A DNA stretch of 64,000 nucleotides from an uncultured Bacteroidota bacterium. Lineage in GTDB: Bacteria; Bacteroidota; Bacteroidia; Bacteroidales; WCHB1-69. A program made the position numbers and the translations under genes. This document shows positions 36,295 to 47,559 of the stretch, in pieces. Below the pieces are notes generated by a model. It was not told the DNA's origin. It was given only the letters and a program-made list of their open reading frames with translations, and made no database searches. How positions within the stretch are numbered: position 1 is the stretch's first letter; each line of letters begins with the position of its first letter. The stretch lies in the NCBI GenBank assembly GCA_902774205.1, contig CACYHL010000001.1, forward strand, positions 20,022 through 84,021, in the 5' to 3' direction.

Positions 36295-37638
36295 ATGGTA
36301 CGTAAAGAAGAACTGAAAAAACGTATTCTTGATTTGACAAGAGAATATTATGCAGAAGTGCATGGTCAACAAAAACCTTTTGAACCTGGCAAAACAAAGG
36401 TAAACTACGGCGGTCGATATTTCGATGCTGAAGAATTGGTGAATTTGGTGGATTCTTCGCTTGACTTTTGGCTGACTGCAGGTCCATGGGCTCACAAATT
36501 TGAAACCCGCTTTGCCAAATGGTTGGGCGTAAAGTACTGTTCACTATGCAACAGCGGCTCTAGTGCTAACCTTCTTGCCTTCAGTGCACTGACAGCATAT
36601 GAATTGGGTGACCGAGCTATTAAACGCGGAGATGAGGTGATCACCGTTGCAGCCGGTTTCCCCACCACAGTGGCTTGCATCGTGCAATTTGGCGCAGTGC
36701 CTGTATTCGTGGATATGAGCATTGAAGAAGGCAATATAGATGTCACACAGTTGGAGAAAGCATACAGTCCCAAGACTAAGGCTGTGATGATTGCCCATTC
36801 TCTAGGGAACCCATTTAATCTGGAAGCTGTGGTGTCTTTTTGCAAGAAGCATCGTCTTTGGTTGGTTGAAGACAACTGCGATGCTCTGGGCTCAGAATAC
36901 TTTATTGATGGCGAATGGAAGAAGACTGGTACCATCGGTGACATTGGTACCAGCAGTTTTTATCCTCCTCACCACATGACCATGGGTGAGGGCGGCGCTG
37001 TCTATACCAATAGCCGAGAATTGGACAAGTACGTGAAAAGTTTCCGTGATTGGGGCCGTGATTGTTGGTGCATGGGAGGTGTGGACAACACCTGCGGATG
37101 CCGTTTCACTGGTCAGTTTGGGAAACTTCCAATGGGTTATGATCATAAATATGTATACAGTCATCTGGGTTATAATCTCAAAGCTACTGATATGCAGGCT
37201 GCTATAGGTTGTGCGCAGTTGGAGAAACTTGATTTTATTGTGAACCGTCGTCGTGAGAACTACCAAATCTTGTATGATGGTCTGAAAGGTACTCATGGCC
37301 TATTACTTCCTGAACCGCAGAAGAATAGTAACCCCAGCTGGTTTGGCTTTTTCATCACCGTGAAGAGTGATGCTGGATACACCCGTAACGAATTAACCAC
37401 ATATTTGGAAGAACATCTGGTGCAGACCCGCAACCTCTTTGCTGGCAACTTATTGATGCACCCTGCTTTTGAGGAGTACGTTGAAGGGAAAGATTATCGC
37501 ACTATTGGCGATTTGCCTGTAACCAACAGCATTATGAACAATTGCTTCTGGCTTGGTGTGTATCCGGGCATGACTACTGAAAAGTTACAATACATGATTG
37601 ATACCATTAAGGCTTTTGTTGCAACAAAAACCAAGTAA
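36295..37638 (+). CDS. rfbH: CDP-6-deoxy-4-keto-hexose 3-dehydrase (E1; RfbH/DdhC family)
   Basis: 447-aa DegT-like protein. It has a C-x-C-x7-C motif (DCWCMGGVDNTC) matching the E1 [2Fe-2S] site and sits between rfbF and rfbG. Confidence 0.8.
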   Translation: MVRKEELKKRILDLTREYYAEVHGQQKPFEPGKTKVNYGGRYFDAEELVNLVDSSLDFWLTAGPWAHKFETRFAKWLGVKYCSLCNSGSSANLLAFSALTAYELGDRAIKRGDEVITVAAGFPTTVACIVQFGAVPVFVDMSIEEGNIDVTQLEKAYSPKTKAVMIAHSLGNPFNLEAVVSFCKKHRLWLVEDNCDALGSEYFIDGEWKKTGTIGDIGTSSFYPPHHMTMGEGGAVYTNSRELDKYVKSFRDWGRDCWCMGGVDNTCGCRFTGQFGKLPMGYDHKYVYSHLGYNLKATDMQAAIGCAQLEKLDFIVNRRRENYQILYDGLKGTHGLLLPEPQKNSNPSWFGFFITVKSDAGYTRNELTTYLEEHLVQTRNLFAGNLLMHPAFEEYVEGKDYRTIGDLPVTNSIMNNCFWLGVYPGMTTEKLQYMIDTIKAFVATKTK

Positions 37639-37639
37639 T

Positions 37640-38716
37640 ATGATTGACATATTCAGTAACTTTTACAAAGGAAAACGTGTCCTCGTTACGGGGCATACTG
37701 GTTTCAAGGGGTCGTGGCTCAGTATATGGCTTCATGAATTGGGTGCTGAGGTAGTAGGCGTGGGGCTTGAACCTTATTCAGAGAAAGACAATTTTGTTCT
37801 TTCTGGAATAGGAAAGAAGATCAAAGCAGACATTCGTGCTGATATCCGCGATGGACAAAAGATGAAAGAAATTTTTGCTCAGTACAAGCCAGAGATAGTA
37901 TTCCATCTTGCTGCACAGCCGCTAGTCCGCCTTAGTTACGAGATCCCCGTTGACACCTATCAGACCAACGTGATGGGAACCATCAACATTATGGAGTCCA
38001 TCCGTTCAACGGATAGTGTTAAGGTAGGTGTAATGATAACTACTGATAAATGTTACGACAACAAGGAACAATTGCGAGGTTACAAAGAGGATGATCCTTT
38101 TGGCGGTTATGATCCGTATTCCAGCAGCAAAGGAGCTTGCGAAATTGCCATCCAAAGCTGGCGCAGAAGTTTCTTCAATCCCGAGAATTACGGAAAGGCA
38201 CATCATGTAAGTCTGGCCAGTGTACGTGCCGGTAATGTAATTGGCGGTGGCGACTGGGCAAAAGACCGTATCATACCTGATTGCATACGTGCACTGGAGT
38301 CGGGTAAGCCTATTGAGATTCGCTCACCAAAGGCAGTTCGTCCGTGGGAACATGTATTAGAACCGCTAAGCGGTTATCTGCTACTTGCCCAGAAAATGTG
38401 GAATCACCCTACCGATTTTTGTGAGGGATGGAATTTTGGACCAGAACAAGAATCAGTACTAAACGTATGGGAAATTGCCACATCCATGATTGAGAATTTT
38501 GGCTATGGTGAGTTGAAAGATGTTTCAAATCCCAATGCACTGCATGAGGCAAATCTTTTGATGCTTGACATAACTAAGGCCAAAACTCGTTTGGGTTGGA
38601 AACCACGTTTAAACGCCAAACAATGTGCAGTACTTACATCAGACTGGTATAAACGGTATAGGAAAGAAGATGTTTATGGTATCTGCATAGATGAAATCAA
38701 AATGTTTTTGCAATAA
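37640..38716 (+). CDS. rfbG: CDP-glucose 4,6-dehydratase
   Basis: The ORF-track start at 37598 overlaps rfbH; the ATG at 37640 follows its TAA. KRVLVTGHTGFKGSWL Rossmann motif. Confidence 0.85.
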   Translation: MIDIFSNFYKGKRVLVTGHTGFKGSWLSIWLHELGAEVVGVGLEPYSEKDNFVLSGIGKKIKADIRADIRDGQKMKEIFAQYKPEIVFHLAAQPLVRLSYEIPVDTYQTNVMGTINIMESIRSTDSVKVGVMITTDKCYDNKEQLRGYKEDDPFGGYDPYSSSKGACEIAIQSWRRSFFNPENYGKAHHVSLASVRAGNVIGGGDWAKDRIIPDCIRALESGKPIEIRSPKAVRPWEHVLEPLSGYLLLAQKMWNHPTDFCEGWNFGPEQESVLNVWEIATSMIENFGYGELKDVSNPNALHEANLLMLDITKAKTRLGWKPRLNAKQCAVLTSDWYKRYRKEDVYGICIDEIKMFLQ

Positions 38717-39252
38717 TGGAAATACTCAAAACACCATTTGAAGGCTTGTTCTTATTACAGACTATAAACTTCCAAGATAATAGAGGAGGATTTCAAAAAT
38801 TATTTAATTTTGACTTCTTCAACGAAAATGGTTTGGATTGCGATTTTAAGGAATTCTACTATTCTGTTAATAATAAGAATGTGGTTCGTGGCATGCATTT
38901 CCAAATGCCACCTTTTGAGCATACAAAAATTGTATATGTGAGTAAAGGACGGATTAAGGATGTGGTAATTGATATTCGCAAATCATCCAAAACTTATAAA
39001 GAGTGCTTTTCAATTGAATTAGATGAGCAGAAAGGACAATATTTATATGTTCCCAAAGGGTTTGCACATGGTTTTGTTTCCTTGGAAGAGGGAAGCATTG
39101 TTAACTATGCGCAAACATCATGTTACTCCAAAGACCACGACTGTGGAATAGATGCTTTGTCTATTGGATTTGATTGGGGCGTTTCTGAACCTGTCCGTTC
39201 AGGTAGAGATTTGACATTTGATAAATTAAACGAATTTATTTCACCTTTTTAA
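38716..39252 (+). CDS. RmlC-like cupin NDP-sugar 3,5-epimerase
   Basis: 178 aa. Blocks FQDNRGGFQKLF, GMHFQ and KGFAHGF. Confidence 0.75.
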   Translation: MEILKTPFEGLFLLQTINFQDNRGGFQKLFNFDFFNENGLDCDFKEFYYSVNNKNVVRGMHFQMPPFEHTKIVYVSKGRIKDVVIDIRKSSKTYKECFSIELDEQKGQYLYVPKGFAHGFVSLEEGSIVNYAQTSCYSKDHDCGIDALSIGFDWGVSEPVRSGRDLTFDKLNEFISPF

Positions 39253-39254
39253 AT

Positions 39255-40130
39255 ATGAAAATATTAGTAACAGGTGCTACGGGTTTTATCGGAACTAATC
39301 TTACACGGGAGCTAAAAAAGAAACATGATTTATACATACTTGGCCAATTTGAAGGTGACCCTGAAAAACTTGGGCTGCCGGGTATTGTCATGTCAGATAA
39401 CATACAACATTTGGCTGATTATATCAAGGCCAATGAAATTGAAGGAATTATTCATCTGGCTTCACTTTACCTGACAACACATACTCCAGAACAGGTGAAA
39501 GATTTGGTGTCCTCTAATATCTATTTCGGGACAGCTGTTTTGGAAGCCGCTACACAGGCTGGTTGTGTAAGGTGGTTTTTAAATACTGGCAGTATATGGC
39601 AGAACTATAATGTAGAGGGCAATGCATACAATCCGGTAAATCTCTATGCAGCTACCAAGCAAGCCTTTATTGACATGGCAAAGTATTACAGTGATGTGTT
39701 TGGAATCCGCTTCTGCACACTAAAACTTTGTGATACCTATGGCCCCAATGATACGAGAAAGAAATTGTTCAAACTATTTAAGGACTGCTCTGAAAGTGGC
39801 GAAGTGCTGAAAATGTCTCCTGGTGAGCAAAAAATAGATTTGATTTATATCACAGATATCATTGCTGGTTTTACACATTTATCAGAACTATTGTCTAACA
39901 ATGTTGTGCTTGCAGATGAGTATGTGCTCACTTCCGGTAAACAAATCCCCTTAAAAGAACTTGCACAATTATTTTCAAAAGTTTCTGGCAGAAAATTGAA
40001 TATTGAGTGGGGCGGCAGACCTTATCGTGATAGAGAAGTAATGATCCCATGGAAAGGAATACCTGTGCCAGGTTGGAAAGCGGAAATTGATGTGCAAAAG
40101 GGTATAAAACTATTTTTAGGGGAGAGATAA
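39255..40130 (+). CDS. SDR-type NAD-dependent NDP-sugar epimerase/reductase
   Basis: KILVTGATGFIGTNL and YAATK (Y-x3-K). Confidence 0.75.
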   Translation: MKILVTGATGFIGTNLTRELKKKHDLYILGQFEGDPEKLGLPGIVMSDNIQHLADYIKANEIEGIIHLASLYLTTHTPEQVKDLVSSNIYFGTAVLEAATQAGCVRWFLNTGSIWQNYNVEGNAYNPVNLYAATKQAFIDMAKYYSDVFGIRFCTLKLCDTYGPNDTRKKLFKLFKDCSESGEVLKMSPGEQKIDLIYITDIIAGFTHLSELLSNNVVLADEYVLTSGKQIPLKELAQLFSKVSGRKLNIEWGGRPYRDREVMIPWKGIPVPGWKAEIDVQKGIKLFLGER

Positions 40131-40182
40131 TCGATTTAACAACTTATAAAAAACAAACGATTAAAAACAAATATAAGAACTT

Positions 40183-41127
40183 ATGGAAGATTTAGTCATT
40201 ATTGTTCCGACGTACAATCGCCCAAATTACTTGAAACGTGTGATTAGATACTATTCTTCATTTCCCTGCAAAGTCTTCATCTGTGATTCCAGCAATGAGA
40301 GAGCGGTTGTGAAAACATCGGAAAATATTATTTATCGTTGGGTCCCGGAATCAACTTTCTATCAAAAAATATTAGATGTAATCAATGAAACGTCCGTTAG
40401 GTTTTATGCGCTTTCTCCCGATGATGATTTTTTAAAAGAGGAAACACTTATTGAGTGTTACAAAATACTAAAAAGTGATGACGAGTACTCGATGGCAACA
40501 GGGGGGCAAGTATTCTTTAAGGAAGGTTTTGAAAATGGTTTTTACATTGAAAACTGGGCTAATAAATTGAGAGGAATTAATAATATTTCTTTTGATTCGC
40601 AGATAAACTATGTGAAGTATTTTGAGGCGCATTATCAGAATATTCATTGGTCGGTATTTAGAGAAAACGTTATTAAAACAGCTTTTCAGATTCTTAGTCA
40701 ATGCAACTATAATAATGGTCGCTTTGTTGAGTTAACACTAAGTATAGAAGGGCTAAGAGAAGGGCGGGTATATGTGTCTTCAAATGGATTGAATTACAGA
40801 GAGATTATGACAGGTGAACATTGGGGAACAATAGCTCCTCCTTTGACATGGCATAATATAAAGAATAACAAAGAATTAAAGAGTGACATAAAAATATTTC
40901 AACAGTATTATAAAAATGATGGAGGTCTTGCATGGTTATGTTTATCGTCATACTTGGATTCTGTCCCTCCTAAGACCATTTTAGATAGATTTAAGTCATT
41001 ACTTCCGAAGTCAATTAAAAAACTGATAATAAAAATATTAAAACCATTTAGAGCGGAAGTGAAACCTACTGTATATGAAGATTCTTCAATGACTTCAAGA
41101 ATAAATGATGCTTTAGCAGATGACTGA
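40183..41127 (+). CDS. GT-A (family-2-like) glycosyltransferase
   Basis: VIIVPTYNRPNYLKRVIRYY...ICDSS N-terminus; the remainder is unassigned. Confidence 0.5.
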   Translation: MEDLVIIVPTYNRPNYLKRVIRYYSSFPCKVFICDSSNERAVVKTSENIIYRWVPESTFYQKILDVINETSVRFYALSPDDDFLKEETLIECYKILKSDDEYSMATGGQVFFKEGFENGFYIENWANKLRGINNISFDSQINYVKYFEAHYQNIHWSVFRENVIKTAFQILSQCNYNNGRFVELTLSIEGLREGRVYVSSNGLNYREIMTGEHWGTIAPPLTWHNIKNNKELKSDIKIFQQYYKNDGGLAWLCLSSYLDSVPPKTILDRFKSLLPKSIKKLIIKILKPFRAEVKPTVYEDSSMTSRINDALADD

Positions 41128-41204
41128 TTTTTGTTAGAATTTGAGAATGAAAAAGTAAGTAAATGTTTCAAGCGTATCTTTCAAGGGTATTCAATAATTA
41201 TTCT

Positions 41205-41212
41205 TATTTTTG
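41205..41212 (+). promoter_or_regulatory. -7 box TATTTTTG
   Basis: TAnnTTTG 22 nt upstream of the ATG at 41234. It overlaps the TTG used by the ORF track. Confidence 0.5.
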
Positions 41213-41233
41213 CATATTAAAAAGAAACAGTCT

Positions 41234-42196
41234 ATGGCAACTACAAATATCGCTATTATCGGAGCTGGTCAATTAGGCAGCCGTCATTTACAGGGGTTGA
41301 AGAAAGCAAATGTTCCAATGAACATTTACGTGCTGGATGCAAGTACGGAATCCTTGGGAATATGCGAACAACGCTATAATGAGATTGCGGAAAATAAACT
41401 GATAGGGGAGATTGTCTTTACCACCCAGTGGGATGAAATGCCTGCACCTATTGACATTGCCATTGTTGCTACGGGTTCTAAACCCAGATGCGCAATTATT
41501 CATGAATTGGTGGAGAAGCACCAGTGTCGGATGCTCATTCTCGAAAAATTCCTTTTCCCAAAAATGAGCGATTACGACGACATAACTAATCTTTTCCAGA
41601 ACAATAAAGTACGGGCATGGGTGAATTGCAGTCGCCGCTATTTTGCTTGCTATCAAAAATTGAGAGATATCCTCGTGGATGACGGTCCGCTAACTTTCAT
41701 TTTGGAAGGTAAAAATTGGGGATTGTGCTGCAACAGTATTCACCAGATTGACCTTTTTGCATATCTAAGTGGAGCAAAACAAATCACATTCGATTGTTCT
41801 GGAATTGACCACACGTTATACGAAAGCAAACGCGCTGGCTATATTGAAATGACCGGTACGATTAAAGGAGTAGCGGACAATGGGTCCAATTTGCAAATTT
41901 CTTCATTCGCGGAATTTGACGGTGTAGGGAAATTGTCCATAAAATCACTGCACCATTGCGTTGAAATCTTTGAGGGATTAAACAAGATGATTATTGATGG
42001 TACAGAAGAACCCATGAATATGTCCTATCAAAGTGATTTAACAGGTAAATATGTGGAGGATTTATTGTCAAGGCATTCCTTGTCATTGGCATCATACGAA
42101 GAATCTGCAAGCCTTCATCAACAAATTCTGCCCCATTTTTTGCACATATACAACCAACTAAAAGGCATAGACAATGATTTGTGCCCTATAACTTAA
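41234..42196 (+). CDS. NAD(P)-binding Gfo/Idh/MocA-like oxidoreductase
   Basis: NIAIIGAGQLGSRHLQGL Rossmann motif. The start is moved to the first ATG downstream of the promoter box. Confidence 0.55.
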   Translation: MATTNIAIIGAGQLGSRHLQGLKKANVPMNIYVLDASTESLGICEQRYNEIAENKLIGEIVFTTQWDEMPAPIDIAIVATGSKPRCAIIHELVEKHQCRMLILEKFLFPKMSDYDDITNLFQNNKVRAWVNCSRRYFACYQKLRDILVDDGPLTFILEGKNWGLCCNSIHQIDLFAYLSGAKQITFDCSGIDHTLYESKRAGYIEMTGTIKGVADNGSNLQISSFAEFDGVGKLSIKSLHHCVEIFEGLNKMIIDGTEEPMNMSYQSDLTGKYVEDLLSRHSLSLASYEESASLHQQILPHFLHIYNQLKGIDNDLCPIT

Positions 42197-42208
42197 TAGA
42201 ATTGAATT

Positions 42209-43156
42209 ATGAAAAATGTTTGGCTTATCGGTACTGGGTTAATCGGTGTCGAGTATTCTAAAGTGTTGGATGCACTCCATGTTAACCATACTATTATTGG
42301 TAGGGGAGACACATCCGCTTCTAAATTCGAGGAAATGCGGCCTGGTAAAAAAGTAATTCGAGGTGGATTGGATAATTTTTTGAGCACGAATCCTTTAATA
42401 CCGGAGTGTGCTATTGTTGCAGTTGGTACACATGAACTTTTTGGAGTAGCCAAGACCTTAATGGAATATGGCGTTAAACGATTGTTCTTGGAAAAGCCGG
42501 GGGCTGACACATACGATAATTTGAAACAACTATATGCTATTGCAAAGGGAAATGATGCAGAAGTATTTATGGCATATAACCGTCGTTTTTATGCTTCTCT
42601 TCTCAAGGCAGAAGAAATTATCCGAGAGGATGGAGGCGTCACTTCTTTTAACTTTGAATTTACAGAATGGCTGCATGTGTTTGAGGCCGCTTATGGTAAA
42701 ATTGAATTGAATTGGATCTTCTGGGCAAACTCCAGCCATGTAATGGATACCGCTTTTTTCTTGGGCGGTGAGCCAAAGGAAATCAGTTGTTATACCAAAA
42801 CCATGGAAGGCGATGACTTCCCCAAAATATTTGCAGGTGCAGGAGTTAGCGAAAAAGGGGCTTTGTTCTCCTATCAAGCCAATTGGGATGCCCCAGGCAG
42901 ATGGGTGGTGGAAATTCTCACGAAAAAACACCGGCTGTATTTTAAGCCGATGGAAACACTGCAAATTCAGGAATTGCGAAGTGTCAAAGTCTTACCAGTA
43001 GAGATTGACGATCATTTGGACAAAGAATACAAGCCCGGCTTCTACCTGGAAACGAAAGCTTTTATTGAAAGAGATGATGCAAGGTTGTGTCCTATAGAGC
43101 AGCAAGTGAAGAAAATTGATACGGTTTTTAATAAAATCGATGGGGCACATAATTAA
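42209..43156 (+). CDS. NAD(P)-binding Gfo/Idh/MocA-like oxidoreductase
   Basis: VWLIGTGLIGVEYSKVL Rossmann motif and LFLEKPGA. Confidence 0.55.
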   Translation: MKNVWLIGTGLIGVEYSKVLDALHVNHTIIGRGDTSASKFEEMRPGKKVIRGGLDNFLSTNPLIPECAIVAVGTHELFGVAKTLMEYGVKRLFLEKPGADTYDNLKQLYAIAKGNDAEVFMAYNRRFYASLLKAEEIIREDGGVTSFNFEFTEWLHVFEAAYGKIELNWIFWANSSHVMDTAFFLGGEPKEISCYTKTMEGDDFPKIFAGAGVSEKGALFSYQANWDAPGRWVVEILTKKHRLYFKPMETLQIQELRSVKVLPVEIDDHLDKEYKPGFYLETKAFIERDDARLCPIEQQVKKIDTVFNKIDGAHN

Positions 43157-43348
43157 TTATTGTCATTAAGCATATTTTTTCGGGTATCAGCCCTTTATCC
43201 TTTTGTACCGCCAATAGAATCATTCAATTGGATTGTATTCCTCCAGATGATTGTGTATTTTTTCTTTACGTCATTATCATATTCCTAAGCAATACACAGG
43301 CATATACAAAAATATGGGTGTCCGCTAAAAAAGTTTTTGAGAAAAAAT

Positions 43349-43385
43349 AAGGCTGAATTTCCATGAAGAGATTCAGCCTTTTTCG
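43349..43385 (+). terminator. rho-independent terminator closing the glycan operon
   Basis: AAGGCTGAAT-12 nt loop-ATTCAGCCTT followed by TTTCGTT. Confidence 0.65.
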
Positions 43386-43449
43386 TTATTTTTGCTTTTA
43401 CCACAAAACCTAAATAACGATGGTCAAAAGTACGCATTTTTTCGGACAG

Positions 43450-43641
43450 CCGAAGCCGACACTCGCCTATTTCAACGGGCTGGCGTACGGCAAGAAAACA
43501 TGGTGGCTCTTCGGCACCAACGCCAAACTCTATTTCGAAGCGCTGCGCAACGTTTCCGATTTTAAGGACATCGTCTTCTGCCTCGGCGGGCTCGTACCTA
43601 CACAAGTAGTGAAATGGGTGATGAAAACCTTTAGGGTGTAA
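43450..43641 (+). pseudogene. 3' remnant of a GT2 glycosyltransferase gene (homologous to the end of 14525-15490)
   Basis: TLAYFNGLAYGKKTWWLFGTNAKLYFEALRNVSDFKDIVFCLGGLVPTQVVKWVMKTFRV aligns with ATLAYYNGLAFGKETWWHFGTNAKLYYEALRNITDAKDIVFCLGGLVPTSLVKWVMKRFKV. No GT catalytic domain lies upstream. Confidence 0.8.
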
Positions 43642-43698
43642 AAAGAATTGCTCTGCCACTTCTCCCAGTACCCCAAAAAACAGAATAGTAAAAAACAA

Positions 43699-43735
43699 AA
43701 ATCCCCAACTCTTGACGAATTGGGGATTTTTCTTT
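43699..43735. terminator. bidirectional intrinsic terminator
   Basis: AAATCCCCAA-11 nt loop-TTGGGGATTT is flanked by an A-run on the 5' side and a T-run on the 3' side. It directly follows the 3' end of the minus-strand tRNA. Confidence 0.7.
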
Positions 43736-43736
43736 G

Positions 43737-43810
43737 CGCTCCCTCAAGGACTTGAACCTTGGACCCTCTGATTAACAGTCAGATGCTCTAACCGACTGAG
43801 CTAAGGAAGC
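43737..43810 (-). tRNA. tRNA-Asn (anticodon GTT)
   Basis: The reverse complement GCTTCCTTAGCTCAGTCGGTTAGAGCATCTGACTGTTAATCAGAGGGTCCAAGGTTCAAGTCCTTGAGGGAGCG folds as a cloverleaf. It has a 7-bp acceptor stem (one G-U), D arm GCTC/GAGC, anticodon loop CTGTTAA and T arm CAAGG-TTCAAGT-CCTTG. No CCA is encoded. Confidence 0.9.
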
Positions 43811-43829
43811 GTGTCCCTTTTTGACGGTG

Positions 43830-43837
43830 CAAAAATA
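43830..43837 (-). promoter_or_regulatory. -7 box TATTTTTG for tRNA-Asn
   Basis: The reverse complement of caaaaata, 20 nt upstream of the tRNA 5' end. Confidence 0.5.
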
Positions 43838-43869
43838 CAATTTTTTTTGATTTCAACAACACTTTTTAA

Positions 43870-45915
<2,046 letters not shown>

Positions 45916-45918
45916 AAA

Positions 45919-47172
45919 GTGAAAGAACTATATAACCTTTTTTTGAAATCTTCGAGTGTCTGCACGGACACTCGAAACATTTTGAGCGGATGCATGTTCT
46001 TCTGTCTCAAGGGTGAGAATTTCAATGGCAACGATTTCGCTCAGGCGGCGTTGGAGCACGGCGCAACGTGCGTGGTTACGGAGCGCGCCGACCTCGCCGG
46101 AACAGATGGCTTTTTCGTTGTGGATAATGTTCTTGAGACATTGCAGCAGCTCAGCTTGTACCACCGGCACCAGCTCACAATCCCCGTGATTGGCATTACC
46201 GGCACCAACGGCAAAACCACCACAAAAGAGCTTGTCGCAGCAGTGCTGTCGCAAAAATACAAGACCGCCTTCACAAAAGGCAATCTCAATAACCATATCG
46301 GAGTGCCGCTGACTCTGCTCTCAATAAAACCCGATGATGAGATTGCGATTGTTGAGATGGGCGCGAACCATAACGGTGAAATCGCGCAACTCTGCAAGTT
46401 TGTGGAACCGGACTTCGGGCTCATCACGAACATCGGCAAAGCACACATTGAGGGTTTTGGCTCCGTGGAAAACATTGTGAACACCAAACGCGCTGTGTAT
46501 GACGCTGTTATGAACCGCGGCGGTGAGCTTTTTGTCAACGCCGCCGACACCCGCCTTACCGAGTTGGTGAAAGGGTACGGAAAAATCAACTTTTACGGCG
46601 GCGACTCGAAAATCAAAGGAGAAGTGGTTGAGATGAACCCTTATCTCAAGGTGAACATTTTCGGGCAAACCGTACAATCGCACCTCACCGGCAACTACAA
46701 CATCAACAACATGCTTGCGGCAGTCGCGGTCGGGAAGCGGTTTTTCGTTCCGAATGACATGATAATGAAAGCGTTAGAGGAATATATTCCTAGCAATAAC
46801 CGCTCACAAATCAACAAAATCGGGACTAACACTGTCATTGCAGATTTCTACAACGCCAATCCCACGAGCATGGCGGCGGCGTTGGAAAATTTGTCGGCAA
46901 TCGGCTCTGAGAAGAAGCTCGCGGTTTTGGGCGAAATGCGGGAACTTGGCGCCGACAGCGAGAACGAGCACCGTAAAATCGTGGAACTAACTGAGCGACT
47001 GGGGATTCCGGCCATCTTCGTTGGAAACGAGTTCTGCCGGTGCGGCGGAGCCACAACTTTCGAAACTGTTGCCGCGCTCAACGAACATCTCGCCGCCAAT
47101 ATGCCGAAATCGACACTCATTCTCATAAAAGGTTCGCGAGGTGTGCACTTGGAAAACGTGAAAATAGAGTAA
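45919..47172 (+). CDS. murF: UDP-N-acetylmuramoyl-tripeptide--D-alanyl-D-alanine ligase
   Basis: GTG start 3 nt after the gyrB stop. VCTDTRNI N-domain, GITGTNGKTTTKE P-loop and a Mur-ligase C domain. Confidence 0.85.
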   Translation: MKELYNLFLKSSSVCTDTRNILSGCMFFCLKGENFNGNDFAQAALEHGATCVVTERADLAGTDGFFVVDNVLETLQQLSLYHRHQLTIPVIGITGTNGKTTTKELVAAVLSQKYKTAFTKGNLNNHIGVPLTLLSIKPDDEIAIVEMGANHNGEIAQLCKFVEPDFGLITNIGKAHIEGFGSVENIVNTKRAVYDAVMNRGGELFVNAADTRLTELVKGYGKINFYGGDSKIKGEVVEMNPYLKVNIFGQTVQSHLTGNYNINNMLAAVAVGKRFFVPNDMIMKALEEYIPSNNRSQINKIGTNTVIADFYNANPTSMAAALENLSAIGSEKKLAVLGEMRELGADSENEHRKIVELTERLGIPAIFVGNEFCRCGGATTFETVAALNEHLAANMPKSTLILIKGSRGVHLENVKIE

Positions 47173-47242
47173 CTTACGGAGTTATTAACAATGACATCAG
47201 ACAAAAAAATGTTTTTTGAAAAATTCGTAATGTTTATTTGAC

Positions 47243-47250
47243 TATTTTTG
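47243..47250 (+). promoter_or_regulatory. -7 box TATTTTTG
   Basis: TAnnTTTG 19 nt upstream of the ATG at 47269. Confidence 0.5.
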
Positions 47251-47268
47251 CAAAAGAATTTTTGAGAG

Positions 47269-47556
47269 ATGGCGACATTTTTGGAATTATATAATGAAAT
47301 TGAATATAACATCGGGAAAATACGCCTTGTTCTCACAAAAACAAAACATGAAAACGAAATATTGAAAGAGGAAAATTCGACTTTAAAGACGGAAAACGCG
47401 AAATTACAGTCGGATCTCTCCGAATTGAAGGAAAAATACAGATTATTAACTATAACAAAAACATTAGAGGATAAAAAAGACAAGACAGATACAAAAAGAA
47501 AAATAAATGAGATGGTGCGGGAGATAGATAATTGTATAAGGCTTTTAAACAAGTAG
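47269..47556 (+). CDS. small coiled-coil protein (unassigned; possible division-associated)
   Basis: 95 aa, heptad-rich K/E/L sequence, immediately upstream of a ZapA-like gene. Confidence 0.45.
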   Translation: MATFLELYNEIEYNIGKIRLVLTKTKHENEILKEENSTLKTENAKLQSDLSELKEKYRLLTITKTLEDKKDKTDTKRKINEMVREIDNCIRLLNK

Positions 47557-47559
47557 GAG

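Noticed and set aside
43285-43698. 137-aa minus-strand ORF across the GT2 remnant
   Set aside because: The plus-strand frame shows clear homology to the C-terminus of the GT2 at 14525-15490. The minus ORF runs through a terminator hairpin and has no support.
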